Virus record (IMG/VR): IMGVR_UViG_3300045972_000084
Location: 1 to 64,000 of that record
From: a virus
Length of the DNA stretch: 64,000 bases
Direction: 5' to 3' (one strand)
Made by a program: the position numbers and the translations under genes. Under the pieces are notes generated by a model. That model saw only the letters and a program-made list of their open reading frames with translations. It had not been told where the DNA came from and made no database searches. The number at the start of each line of letters is the position of its first letter. Within the stretch, counting starts at the first letter, position 1. Shown here in pieces: positions 46,604 to 55,525 of this stretch.

Positions 46604-47736
46604 TCAGGCCCTACCCGGCTAAGCATAGCCTCCAGCTTTGCTTTCTCCCTACCCCTATCAGATCCATCTATCCATTTTGAATAGACCTGAAAAAGCATCT
46701 TCGCGTTGGCATGCCCCATCTGCCGGGACACATAGGCCGGGTTCACGCCTGCTAAAAGGCAGTTGGTGGCATAGGTATGCCGTGTCTGGTAAGAACGCCT
46801 GTAGCGCACGCCTACGGCTTCCAGCGCTGGTTTCCAGTAGTGATCCCGCTGGCTACGCTCGTCATGCCAGGGCTTCCCGGTGACCGGGTTCTGGAAGATG
46901 AAGCTCGCCGGGTCATTGCCGGTGATTTCCTTCATGTAGGACAGGGCCTCAATCGCCCGGGTCACAAGGTCCACATCCCTGGCGTTGTAGGTCTTGAGCG
47001 GCTTGAGCTCACCGGCCGACCTGGCGCGCGAGACGTGGATGGTCTTGTCTCTGGCGTTCAAGTCGGACCATTTCAGGGCGATGATCTCCTCCGGCCGCAT
47101 GCCGGTCATGAAGGCGAACTCATAGTAGGCCCAGGCCGCCACGTCTTTGTTATCTTCAAGCCACTTCAGGATGGTCTCCATCTCCTCCATGGATAACGGG
47201 TCCGGAGCAACCGGCTGGCCCTTGCTGTTCTCGATGCCGTCCATCGGGTCATCAATTTTCAGATCCCGCTTGGCCAAATGGAAAACCCCGCGCAAGCAGA
47301 TGAGGTAATTGTTCAGCAGCTTAGGGGATTTCCATGGCTGGTTACCGATCTTGGCTGCCACATGGGCATGGGTCAGGCGGTCGAACGGCGTGTGCTCGCC
47401 AAACAATTCCTTCCACACACCCAGCGCATTGCGGTACTGGTCCTTGGTCTTAGTGGCCAGGCGGCCCTTGGTTTCAAACCAGAGGTCACACATCTGGCCA
47501 AAGGTCTTGGAGTCTGGTGACGCCTGGACCCTCTTGCTTTCTGGGAAGAAGTCCGCGTAAACGAAAGTGCCTTCTCGGATCTTGCGCTTGATCTGCTCCA
47601 CCAATTTGATGGCGTAGCGCTCATTGGTCGGGGTTGGCTCAATCTTGAGCGTCTCCCGGATGTTCTCGCCATTCCAAGTGAATGCCACCCGGATGGACTT
47701 GTCGCGTAGCTCTACGCCGTTTCCGTTGCGTGCCAT
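46600..47736 (-). CDS. int: Tyrosine integrase (lambda-type, with N-terminal arm-binding-like domain)
   Basis: RPEEIIALKWSDL (Arg), SYQTRHTYAT...MGHANAKMLFQVYSKW (H-x-x-R ... H ... Y). The N-terminal GVELRDKSIRVAFTWNG is typical of arm-binding domains. Confidence 0.9.
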   Translation of the reverse strand: MARNGNGVELRDKSIRVAFTWNGENIRETLKIEPTPTNERYAIKLVEQIKRKIREGTFVYADFFPESKRVQASPDSKTFGQMCDLWFETKGRLATKTKDQYRNALGVWKELFGEHTPFDRLTHAHVAAKIGNQPWKSPKLLNNYLICLRGVFHLAKRDLKIDDPMDGIENSKGQPVAPDPLSMEEMETILKWLEDNKDVAAWAYYEFAFMTGMRPEEIIALKWSDLNARDKTIHVSRARSAGELKPLKTYNARDVDLVTRAIEALSYMKEITGNDPASFIFQNPVTGKPWHDERSQRDHYWKPALEAVGVRYRRSYQTRHTYATNCLLAGVNPAYVSRQMGHANAKMLFQVYSKWIDGSDRGREKAKLEAMLSRVGPE

Positions 47737-47737
47737 G

Positions 47738-47941
47738 TCAAACTCCTTTTTCTACCCACCTTTCATATCCATGAAGGTCGATGTAGATGCGGCCGTCAGG
47801 CCCTTTGCGGTATTGCTTCCCATCAGCCCAGTCACCGCGCGCAATCTTTCCTTCGATGGCGCGCTTTGATAGGCCGGTGACTGTTGAGGCCAGGCCGATC
47901 ACAATGAACCGGCTTGGCGTGACTTTGACTTCCTGGGTCAT
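47738..47941 (-). CDS. xis: Excisionase/AlpA-like DNA-binding protein
   Basis: 67 aa immediately upstream of int. Contains GLSKRAIEGKIARGDW...IDLHGYERW. Confidence 0.65.
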   Translation of the reverse strand: MTQEVKVTPSRFIVIGLASTVTGLSKRAIEGKIARGDWADGKQYRKGPDGRIYIDLHGYERWVEKGV

Positions 47942-48381
47942 GCTCCCGTACTTCCGAAGCCGCCAACTCCTCGTTTTGTAATTGGTAGGTAGTCAACTTC
48001 TTGGAATGCGATTGGGATAACTGGAATGACCATTGCCTGCGCAATTCGATCACCTTCGCTGACACGAAGAATATCGGCCTGCATACTGTCTCCATGCAGC
48101 TTTACCGCAACTTCTCCTCGGTAATCGCTATCAATAACGCCTACACAATTAGACAGCCGTGTGCTATTTTTGAAGCCATGGCCGCTGCGTGAAAATATCA
48201 ACATTGCATATCCATTTGGTATTTCAAACGAAAGACCAGTGCGGAATGCCGTAGCGCCACCAGCAAGCACAGGGGATTGATCTCCGCAATCCACAGCATG
48301 CAGATCAAAACAAGCAGACCCATCGGTTGCATAAACTGGGATAGTTGCTTTTGGGTGGTTTTTCTTGACTTTAATTTCCAT
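47938..48381 (-). CDS. dut: dUTP diphosphatase (trimeric dUTPase)
   Basis: GSACFDL, SRSG, GVIDSDYRGE and GFGSTG motifs. Confidence 0.9.
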   Translation of the reverse strand: MEIKVKKNHPKATIPVYATDGSACFDLHAVDCGDQSPVLAGGATAFRTGLSFEIPNGYAMLIFSRSGHGFKNSTRLSNCVGVIDSDYRGEVAVKLHGDSMQADILRVSEGDRIAQAMVIPVIPIAFQEVDYLPITKRGVGGFGSTGA

Positions 48382-48520
48382 TTTTCTTTCCTTCTTTAAT
48401 CACCTGTTCAGTTGTTGTGAACCGGTGCATGTTGAAACATTGGTATCTGCGATACCTACCGTCTGGCTTTGGTCTTGAATCAATAACTTCAGCAGGCTTT
48501 CCACATACTGGACAATTCAT
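48371..48520 (-). CDS. NrdR-like zinc-ribbon-only protein (49 aa)
   Basis: MNCPVCG..VIDSR...RRYQC....RFTTTE parallels the NrdR N-terminus MHCPFC...VIDSR...RRRRQC..C.ERFTTFE. There is no ATP-cone. Confidence 0.5.
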   Translation of the reverse strand: MNCPVCGKPAEVIDSRPKPDGRYRRYQCFNMHRFTTTEQVIKEGKKNGN

Positions 48521-48711
48521 TACTGAGGCCTTCTTGGAAATGGACACCACGATCTCCAGGCATTGGAGCGCCCATCCCATCGACCGCGAACAAGTACCCC
48601 ACCCATGTTCTCAAGCCATACTTCCACATTGACAGGGCAGGTACTCATGGGCTGCAGGTAGAACTCATCTGCAACGGCAATGTTTTCAGATCGATTGATG
48701 GTGAACTTCAC
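48520..48711 (-). CDS. Small phage protein (DUF551-like, 63 aa)
   Basis: W-rich C-terminus ...GRW...W..WCPFPRRP. Confidence 0.4.
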   Translation of the reverse strand: MKFTINRSENIAVADEFYLQPMSTCPVNVEVWLENMGGVLVRGRWDGRSNAWRSWCPFPRRPQ

Positions 48712-48747
48712 TTTGCAGCCCTATCTAGGTAATCGAAGAACCCAGCG

Positions 48748-48966
48748 CTACACAAAGCGATGGCAATAGCGACTGAAACCATTCCCAATGCCGCGCAAAA
48801 GTTCCAGAGTGATTGGGATAGTCTCTTCATCGACCAGCTCCGTCTGGGACGAATCTACCGTCTGGGTAATGGAGGCCATCAGCACATCTGCTCGGGAGTA
48901 ATAACGCCGCCTCAGAGCCAGGCCTTCCGGCGTATGGCATAAGCTCAGCTCCGTCATATAGATCAT
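48748..48966 (-). CDS. Hypothetical protein (72 aa)
   Basis: GGAGG-N5-ATG at 48966. It overlaps the tail of the upstream ORF. Confidence 0.4.
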   Translation of the reverse strand: MIYMTELSLCHTPEGLALRRRYYSRADVLMASITQTVDSSQTELVDEETIPITLELLRGIGNGFSRYCHRFV

Positions 48967-49222
48967 CAGAACCTCCAACGATTGTTCTGGCTGTAGCCTT
49001 GATCCGAGAGGACTCAAGTCCAATCCTTTTGCGCCCCTGCCAGGTAGCTCCAACAAGATCTGTCACATCTTTGTCGGCTTTGATATAGCCAGCAGACACG
49101 GCCTTCTTGTAGATGGCCGCAGTCAACCCGGGAACTGTGTTGAACAGATCTGCCTTATCCATAGAACCAATGCGATTCAAGATCGCAATGGCGTCATCAA
49201 TGATTTTGTCGTCCAGTGTCAT
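48827..49222 (-). CDS. Hypothetical protein (131 aa; C-terminal third of doubtful coding quality)
   Basis: ORF coupled to the upstream gene. Confidence 0.4.
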   Translation of the reverse strand: MTLDDKIIDDAIAILNRIGSMDKADLFNTVPGLTAAIYKKAVSAGYIKADKDVTDLVGATWQGRKRIGLESSRIKATARTIVGGSDDLYDGAELMPYAGRPGSEAALLLPSRCADGLHYPDGRFVPDGAGR

Positions 49223-49419
49223 GAGTAGTAGTTGTTTGCCTGGTTAAAAGCTGAAATGAGCTGCTCCTTAGTTGCTCGCTGAGTCTCAATAAGCTTCTTT
49301 GCTTTTTTATGAAACTCTCTGAACTGGCGAGTGAACTCAATACCGCTGTTGTTCACCTTCTCAGGAACCTTTCGGAGCATCTCTTTCAACTGCGCACGAA
49401 GGACTTCACGCTCATCCAT
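49219..49419 (-). CDS. Hypothetical helical protein (66 aa)
   Basis: Internal ATG at 49419 gives a compact arrangement with neighbours. Confidence 0.4.
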   Translation of the reverse strand: MDEREVLRAQLKEMLRKVPEKVNNSGIEFTRQFREFHKKAKKLIETQRATKEQLISAFNQANNYYS

Positions 49420-49699
49420 GGGAGTATTCCTTTGGACCTTGTGTGACTTCATTCTGGATAGCGCTCTCGATGGTTGATTGAGAGATGGCTGCGCGTGTTT
49501 CTTCGCTGACCGTGTCTTCTCCAGCAATTTCAATTTCGACACCGGCCTTGGCCATGGCGAAGACTTCATGCTGCGCAGGGATGTCTACAGTGAACTCATT
49601 GCGCGCAACATAGGCCAGCGCACCACGGGGTGTGGATGCTTCAACGAGGTGCACATCGGTGCGTGATTTAACGCGATAGAGACGAGTTTTAGTAGCCAT
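49412..49699 (-). CDS. Hypothetical protein (95 aa)
   Basis: ORF with AGGAAAAATC-ATG RBS. Confidence 0.5.
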   Translation of the reverse strand: MATKTRLYRVKSRTDVHLVEASTPRGALAYVARNEFTVDIPAQHEVFAMAKAGVEIEIAGEDTVSEETRAAISQSTIESAIQNEVTQGPKEYSHG

Positions 49700-49714
49700 G
49701 ATTTTTCCTTTAAG

Positions 49715-50005
49715 TTAACGAACGAATTGAGTTTTGTTAGCAATCACCCGATACCGGAAGAGACCGTTACCCATGTGCACTTTTTCAACTTCATGAGCGC
49801 CAAAGCGCTCTTTGCGAAGATGTCGAAGCTGGGCACTAACACTTGCCTGTGGATCGCCGGTAACTTCAGATATCTGATCAAGCGTGTGCCACAGTCCATC
49901 ACTGACTACATTCCAAATGCGAAGCAGTTGCCCAGTAAGGCGAACGTCATCGCGTGAAGGGATGTAATCAGATCCTGCAAATCGGTTTTGTGTTGCTGTA
50001 TTCAT
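49715..50005 (-). CDS. Winged-helix DNA-binding protein (96 aa), apparently leaderless
   Basis: GDPQASVSAQLRHLRKERFG...FRYRV is a wHTH pattern. The ATG lies 7 nt after a CATAAT -10 box. Confidence 0.5.
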   Translation of the reverse strand: MNTATQNRFAGSDYIPSRDDVRLTGQLLRIWNVVSDGLWHTLDQISEVTGDPQASVSAQLRHLRKERFGAHEVEKVHMGNGLFRYRVIANKTQFVR

Positions 50006-50012
50006 GTTTGAT

Positions 50013-50041
50013 ATTATGCCGAACGGCAAACAAAAAGTCAA
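50013..50041 (-). promoter_or_regulatory. Early promoter TTGACT-N17-CATAAT
   Basis: Minus strand: TTGACT ttttgtttgccgttcgg CATAAT atcaaac ATG. Confidence 0.65.
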
Positions 50042-50068
50042 GAAAAAAGCACCAGTTTTTTCTGGTGC
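50041..50068 (-). terminator. Rho-independent terminator
   Basis: GCACCAG-aaaaaa-CTGGTGC followed by TTTTTT on the minus strand. Confidence 0.8.
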
Positions 50069-50074
50069 CGTTGA

Positions 50075-50449
50075 TTAAGTGCGCATTGCCAAAGCATCAA
50101 TGCGCCACTTCGGGAGGCGCATAGCCCCGCGAATGCGATCAACAAAGTAATCTGGAACCTTCTTCGTTCCATCCGGGCCAGGCATTACGGTGTCCATCAA
50201 CGCCTTTGCGAACGCACGCACCGGCCGCATCACAATCACCGGTCGGCCTTGGTTGAATTGGTTCTCAGACCCTGGCCAAGTTGGAGAGTGCAGCGGGGCG
50301 GTAATGCGTGTCCGCGTTACCAGTGGCTTGGGCTTGATCTTGCTGCGCTCAATGGCCGCCTTGTATGCGCGGGCAATGATGACCAGGTCTTCTGGCTTTG
50401 CGCGGTTCTCATCCTTGCGGCGGAACGCGCGGGACTTCTTTCCGTTCAT
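50075..50449 (-). CDS. Hypothetical basic protein (124 aa)
   Basis: ORF followed by a terminator. Confidence 0.5.
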   Translation of the reverse strand: MNGKKSRAFRRKDENRAKPEDLVIIARAYKAAIERSKIKPKPLVTRTRITAPLHSPTWPGSENQFNQGRPVIVMRPVRAFAKALMDTVMPGPDGTKKVPDYFVDRIRGAMRLPKWRIDALAMRT

Positions 50450-50661
50450 TGGATCTCCTTCGTGGTGTGATTGAATTTGCCGACGACCATCTTGCTGATG
50501 TAGGTTCCGATGGAATCGGCCTTCATCAGGTTGTCGTGCAGCTCGGGTGGTACGCCCTGGTACTGGTAAATCTTTTTTCCAGACTTGAATTGCACAGACA
50601 GGACATTTGTCGCTGAGTTGTAGCCAACATGTGACACGTTGGATGAATTAACTGGCTTCAT
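50446..50661 (-). CDS. KTSC domain protein
   Basis: SSNVSHVGYNSATNVLSVQFKSGKKIYQYQGVPPELHDNLMKADSIGTY. Confidence 0.7.
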   Translation of the reverse strand: MKPVNSSNVSHVGYNSATNVLSVQFKSGKKIYQYQGVPPELHDNLMKADSIGTYISKMVVGKFNHTTKEIQ

Positions 50662-51563
50662 GATTTCTCCTCGGGTTTTGTTTGACCACCCAGTGCATCA
50701 ACTAGGTGGAGGATTGCTAAGCGCAGGGTGCCTGTGGTGATGGCTACATCGGAATCAAATGCATCATCCTTTGCATCGCCATGGCTGTTTTCAAAAACTA
50801 TATCCAGGATCTGGATCTTCTGAAGAACTAGGTCTTCCGTCAGCACAAAGGACACGCTATCTGAATAGGTCATGGCCATCTTGGTGACTGATTTGCCGCC
50901 TTCGATATGGCCAACAATTTCCTTGATGTCTAGCGCATGGTTGTCGTACTTAACTTTGGCCTTGGACTCATCGCATGCTTTGAGCTCCAGTGACCTATCA
51001 ATACTGAATGACTCATCGCAAGCTCCATCAACAAGCCATGCGGCCATGCAGCCGGATGGGGATCGCAGTGTTGTCAGTGGCGTGATTACCAGTTGGTGCA
51101 TGGCACGCACCAGTGACGTAATAGCTAAATCAGCTTTAGATCCAGTAGCCCCAACAGCAATTGTCTTTGCCATGACATCGATCCATACCAGTACAGCAGA
51201 GCGGGTAGGAAAGGCGCTGGGCAGGAGCTCTAGCACGATCTCTTCCTTGAGCTCCTTGCTTTCTTTCTTGCCCGGCTTGCGGCCGGTCTGCTCTTCGATA
51301 GCTGCCTTGCGCTCTTGAAGCTTGCGTTCGACCACATCAGACGGGACTTTCTTGGTTTCGATCTGCAGCTTGAGAATCCACTGGTTGTCGATGGACTCTA
51401 CGAGAGCGCCGAAGCTATCGCCACGGGGCGGCACCCATCCAATGGATGAGGCCTGGGTTGGTCCACAAGGAACAAATGAATGCTCCTGCAGGTGCTCCTC
51501 GGCCAATCCATGAACCATGGGTGCGGCGGTCTGGAAGTTGAATAACGATAGAACCTTAAACAT
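50658..51563 (-). CDS. rdgC: Recombination-associated protein RdgC
   Basis: F.PCG......GWVPP ... LLPSAFPTRS ... WID pattern, collinear with E. coli RdgC. Confidence 0.8.
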   Translation of the reverse strand: MFKVLSLFNFQTAAPMVHGLAEEHLQEHSFVPCGPTQASSIGWVPPRGDSFGALVESIDNQWILKLQIETKKVPSDVVERKLQERKAAIEEQTGRKPGKKESKELKEEIVLELLPSAFPTRSAVLVWIDVMAKTIAVGATGSKADLAITSLVRAMHQLVITPLTTLRSPSGCMAAWLVDGACDESFSIDRSLELKACDESKAKVKYDNHALDIKEIVGHIEGGKSVTKMAMTYSDSVSFVLTEDLVLQKIQILDIVFENSHGDAKDDAFDSDVAITTGTLRLAILHLVDALGGQTKPEEKS

Positions 51564-52002
51564 GATGATCCTTTACCATTGCGTGAACCTCTTTGTGGTG
51601 ACTTGTGCACAGCCACACCACATCAAGTGGCATGCTGTAGTCCGGGTGGTGACCTTCAACTTTTTCTTCTCCGCAGACTAAGCATGGGAGTTTTTGAAGG
51701 CGGCCATCTCTTATGGCATTTGCAACAAGGTAGCTTGCATGCCTGCGCTCAGGCCTCCTTGCTGCCCACCTCTCTGCCGCTGCCTTGTGACTCTGTGCAA
51801 ATGCTTGAGTCTTCTGATACTCGGTACGTGCTGACACTCGATGTGGCATTGACCCACGCATCCTGTCATAGGCACGTATTGACTCCAGGTTTTCCTGCCT
51901 GTGCTTGTTGACCGCAGCCTTTACACAGGACTTGCACTTGGTTTTATTGGATGCATAGAACTCGTTTGCATCCTTATTGGTTAAGCAAGTTTTGCAGATC
52001 AT
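51556..52002 (-). CDS. Zinc-finger / HNH-like protein (148 aa)
   Basis: GAGGTGCAA-ATG at 52002. N-terminal CxxC...CxxC. C-terminal CLVCG...EGHHPDYSMPLDVVWLCTSHHKEVH. Confidence 0.55.
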   Translation of the reverse strand: MICKTCLTNKDANEFYASNKTKCKSCVKAAVNKHRQENLESIRAYDRMRGSMPHRVSARTEYQKTQAFAQSHKAAAERWAARRPERRHASYLVANAIRDGRLQKLPCLVCGEEKVEGHHPDYSMPLDVVWLCTSHHKEVHAMVKDHHV

Positions 52003-52009
52003 TTGCACC

Positions 52010-52537
52010 TCAGAACGGGATCTCAGAATCGTCCATGTCATCGAACCCACTGCTTTGTGGCGGCGGCGCTTGGCGCGTTGGCTGCTGGCGCTGTGGAGGC
52101 TGCTGTGGTCGCTGCTGTGGAGCGCGCTGTTGTGGAGCTGGCTGGCGTGGCTGTTGAGGCTGCTGGGCCTGGCCGCCTTGTTGACCATCCTGCTGACCCT
52201 GATCTCGATTGCCCAGCAACTGGAGCTCAGTCACAACAATGTCAACCGTGTTCTTTTCAACGCCAGCCTGGTCTGTGTACTTGCCGTACTTGATGCGGCC
52301 TTCGATGTAGAGCGGGCTACCCTTGCGGACGTACTCTCCAGCAATCTCTGCCAGCCGGTCATAGAACGTGATACGGTGCCACTGAGTGTCTTCGGTGACT
52401 TCCCCAGTCTCCTTGTTTTTGCGACGGCTACTGGTAGCTAAGCTTGTGCTTGCGACGGCCTGTCCTGATGGGAGGTATCGGATCTCCGGGTCGCGCCCGA
52501 TATTTCCAACTAGGATGACTTTGTTTACGGATGCCAT
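52010..52537 (-). CDS. ssb: Single-stranded DNA-binding protein
   Basis: VNKVILVGNIGRDPEIRY...W..I.F...LAEIAGEYVRKGS.LYIEGR, a Q/P-rich linker and an acidic tail DDSEIPF. Confidence 0.92.
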   Translation of the reverse strand: MASVNKVILVGNIGRDPEIRYLPSGQAVASTSLATSSRRKNKETGEVTEDTQWHRITFYDRLAEIAGEYVRKGSPLYIEGRIKYGKYTDQAGVEKNTVDIVVTELQLLGNRDQGQQDGQQGGQAQQPQQPRQPAPQQRAPQQRPQQPPQRQQPTRQAPPPQSSGFDDMDDSEIPF

Positions 52538-52552
52538 TTACTTTCTCCTGGG

Positions 52553-54199
52553 TTAAATGAGTTCGGGTTGGTTTATCAAATCCATGGACTTGATAAACTT
52601 CACTGCAGTTGCTTCCGATACATTGAAAGCGCTGGCTAATGCAGAAATGATTTGCCGGTCAGTAGGTTGTCCGCTGAAGCTGGTGGTGCTGACCACTGCA
52701 TAGGAAGGGGTAAAGCTGGTCACAGTTGCAACAGTGCAATCAATCAGGACAGCGCCTTTACCCTGAGTGACTGTGTCCAGGTTTGATGTAGTTGGCACAA
52801 CACCCTCGACCAATGTCGTTGCAGATGCCAGCGTAGCCTTCGCGCTTTCAAATGCACGGTCATTGGCCTGCTTAGCTTCGTCTGCAGCTTTAGTCTTAAC
52901 AGCTTCTTCTGCCAATTTCTTGGCTTCGTACTCAGAGACGCGCACCTTCAGCAGCGCAGCAAAATCGTCAGCAGCTTTTCCGCAGACATGGATTAGATCT
53001 GGGAACAGAAACTTCCAGTCGGTAGGCTCACTACTCAATGATGTGACATTGATCTGAATGCGGTCGGCCGTCATGCTTGCTTCGATCTGCGCGCGGGCCA
53101 GCTCTTCATTCACTGAGGAACGCAGGCTTTCCACGGTGCGCTTATTCTTCACAGCACCAGCAAAGTCAGCGACGATGCCGGGCATCAACGCTTGTCCCAG
53201 GCGCTTGTTCAGCGTGGCAATGTGGTCATCCAGTTTCGACCTTGCTTCCCGGACAATCTCCAGCTTGATGGATTCCTTGCGGGTCTTCACCAGATCGCTC
53301 AGCTTCAGTCGCTTGGAGCGCATTGCTTCCTTGAGAGAATCAATCGTGCGGAACAGGTCATCAATAGTGGCGGTCTGCGATAGGGCTTGGGTCTTGACGG
53401 CTTCCAACTCCTTCTCTGCAGAGTCGCAAAACTTCACCATCTTTTCTGCGTCAGCGAAGTCCTGGTCCGTCTTCAGGTCGGTGTTGATCTTCTCGATAAA
53501 CGCCAGGGCTGTGGTTTTGTAGACTGCCAGATTGGAGGACTTCACCTCGCCGGACAAGCTAACTACCAGGGCCGGGAGATGATCCACTGATTGACCAACT
53601 GGAGCGGCCACTACTTCTTTGTGCTGGTAGTTGGCCAGGTCTTCCTTGAACTGTTTCCAACCAGCGATTAACTGTGCACGGCGCTCTGGAACTGAGGTGT
53701 ACCAGCAACCATAGGTTCCTTGGTCGGTGCCGTCAGAGGTGGTGAAGTAGCAGCGCTGAGCACCAGTCACAAGGAGTTGCTGTTCAAGCTGAAAGTAGTA
53801 ATGCGGCTCCAGGTTGCTGGTCATTACGGCAGTGCGCAGGGACTCATTGAAAAGCTTGTTCTCCCACGTAATCTGCTCATCCATAGTCATGCCATCCAGG
53901 CTGGCCAGCAAGTCCAGGCCTTCAATCGTGACAATGCATGTGCTTGGGAAAAGATCTTCACCCAGGATGCCTTCAACGATAGGCCGTGCCAAAGCTTCCG
54001 CTTGGTGCCCACGGTCAAACACATACTGCTTACTGGCGGTAACTTCCTCTGTGATTCCAGTGGCCTTAGCCTTCAACAGGCTGTCGCGTGTCTGGTACTT
54101 GCTCACGCCAAGCATTGCAGGAGCCTCTGATGCGGTGAGGTATTTGGCCCGAAGTGCGAGCCACTCACTCGACCCTTGAACTACATTGATGATTTCCAT
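52553..54199 (-). CDS. YqaJ/lambda-Exo-type exonuclease with about 350-aa C-terminal extension
   Basis: The N-terminal GSSEWLALRAKYLTASEAPAMLGVSKY...R is a YqaJ signature. It is adjacent to Erf and SSB. Confidence 0.7.
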   Translation of the reverse strand: MEIINVVQGSSEWLALRAKYLTASEAPAMLGVSKYQTRDSLLKAKATGITEEVTASKQYVFDRGHQAEALARPIVEGILGEDLFPSTCIVTIEGLDLLASLDGMTMDEQITWENKLFNESLRTAVMTSNLEPHYYFQLEQQLLVTGAQRCYFTTSDGTDQGTYGCWYTSVPERRAQLIAGWKQFKEDLANYQHKEVVAAPVGQSVDHLPALVVSLSGEVKSSNLAVYKTTALAFIEKINTDLKTDQDFADAEKMVKFCDSAEKELEAVKTQALSQTATIDDLFRTIDSLKEAMRSKRLKLSDLVKTRKESIKLEIVREARSKLDDHIATLNKRLGQALMPGIVADFAGAVKNKRTVESLRSSVNEELARAQIEASMTADRIQINVTSLSSEPTDWKFLFPDLIHVCGKAADDFAALLKVRVSEYEAKKLAEEAVKTKAADEAKQANDRAFESAKATLASATTLVEGVVPTTSNLDTVTQGKGAVLIDCTVATVTSFTPSYAVVSTTSFSGQPTDRQIISALASAFNVSEATAVKFIKSMDLINQPELI

Positions 54200-54209
54200 A
54201 TTTCCTCCG

Positions 54210-54998
54210 TTATTGGGTTACTGTTGCGCGGACCATGGCCTTTTGCTCTTCGGTCATGTTTGCGCGGGATGCGACCGTGGCGATAACCTGGTCGGCCGTT
54301 TTCTTTCCTGACTCAATCAGTCCGCGCCACGTCGGCAGGTTCTTGGCGAACTGGTCGTCGGAGTAGGGTGGCAGTCCATTGCCTTGTTGCTGCTGCTGTT
54401 TGCGGTATTCAGGAGGAGGCTGATCGAAATCATTTCTTCCATATCCGTACCCATCGTCATCGGGCATATCCATGGTTGCTAATCCGCACGATTGCAGCAG
54501 CGTATAACGACTTAAATAAGTCTGGGCCGATGCAATTGCTTGGATTGAATTCTTCTTCCCGCTAACATCTGGCGGAGACATCATGGTTGTTGACTCGCTG
54601 TGCCCAAGGCGGTGCGTAATCTTGCAAGTTACAGAAATTACTCCGTTCTCTTGCTTTGTTTCCCAGCTATGACTAAACCCATACTCAGCAAGTGCATTGA
54701 CAACAGCTTTGGTTACATCTCCAAGGGTTGCATGCATGTACTCAGTACCAGAGAAAGAAACAAGCTTTGTCTTGAAGATTTCTGGCGGGTGCTTTTTGAA
54801 CTCCGCCATATCTGCAACATAGGCCTTGCGCGCCTCATTTGCCTCGTAATCTTTCTGTAAGTTCATAAGGCCTTGCATTTGCTCCACAGTCATGCCTGCC
54901 TGTAGTGCAATAATTGCATTTGCCATTGGCCCAGCCGACAGTTGGCCAGTAGGCTGAGACTGAATGGCACCTTGTTTTGATTCGACTATTGCGTTCAT
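54210..54998 (-). CDS. ERF-family single-strand annealing protein
   Basis: ATLGDV...L...GFSHSWET....G.ISVTCKITHRLGHSE ... NSIQAIASAQTYLSRYTL ... DDDG. GGAG-N6-ATG favours the start at 54998. Confidence 0.7.
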   Translation of the reverse strand: MNAIVESKQGAIQSQPTGQLSAGPMANAIIALQAGMTVEQMQGLMNLQKDYEANEARKAYVADMAEFKKHPPEIFKTKLVSFSGTEYMHATLGDVTKAVVNALAEYGFSHSWETKQENGVISVTCKITHRLGHSESTTMMSPPDVSGKKNSIQAIASAQTYLSRYTLLQSCGLATMDMPDDDGYGYGRNDFDQPPPEYRKQQQQQGNGLPPYSDDQFAKNLPTWRGLIESGKKTADQVIATVASRANMTEEQKAMVRATVTQ

Positions 54999-55525
54999 AC
55001 ATGACTCCATGATTTGCTTGATGCTGCTCGGCTTGCAGTCATTCGACTTACTGAGAATTCATTCGCCAGTGTTGTGATTGACGCACCTTCACTTCTGCGT
55101 TTACGAAGTGCTATCACGGCATCTGTATTGAGTTTTGAGAATGGATGGCGATCACCGCAGTTGCTTGTCCCGTGCATTCGCTTGTCAGCATGGTTTGCTT
55201 TAATCGTGTCCCATCGCAGGTTGGATGCTTTGTTGTTCTGCCTATCGCCATCGCAGTGGCATGCCTGCATTCCTTCTGGACACGGGCCAACAAATGCGCA
55301 GAGAACTATTTGATGTATGTATACGGTTGAAACAATGTCACCATTTGTCAACCGAATGCTTAGATACTTTGATTTGCCTGCACCTGGAGATAGAACTTTT
55401 TCGTAAATCTGGTACTGCTTTCCATCTGGTTGATGGACAACTCTCGGAAGCCTTTTAATACGACCAAGATCACTGATCATGTAAAGACCTTCATAGCCAA
55501 CTACATCAATCCATTGCTCGTTCAT
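54995..55525 (-). CDS. HNH homing endonuclease (NUMOD4-like N-terminus)
   Basis: WIDVVGYEGLYMISDLGRIKRL; CHCDGDRQNNKASNLRWDTIKANHADK. Confidence 0.8.
   Translation of the reverse strand: MNEQWIDVVGYEGLYMISDLGRIKRLPRVVHQPDGKQYQIYEKVLSPGAGKSKYLSIRLTNGDIVSTVYIHQIVLCAFVGPCPEGMQACHCDGDRQNNKASNLRWDTIKANHADKRMHGTSNCGDRHPFSKLNTDAVIALRKRRSEGASITTLANEFSVSRMTASRAASSKSWSHV

Noticed and set aside
51977-52441. Plus-strand ORFs (154 and 96 aa) rich in L/W/A/R opposite ssb
   Set aside because: They are shadows of the CAG/CCG-rich Q/P linker of ssb. The ssb call on the minus strand is unambiguous.
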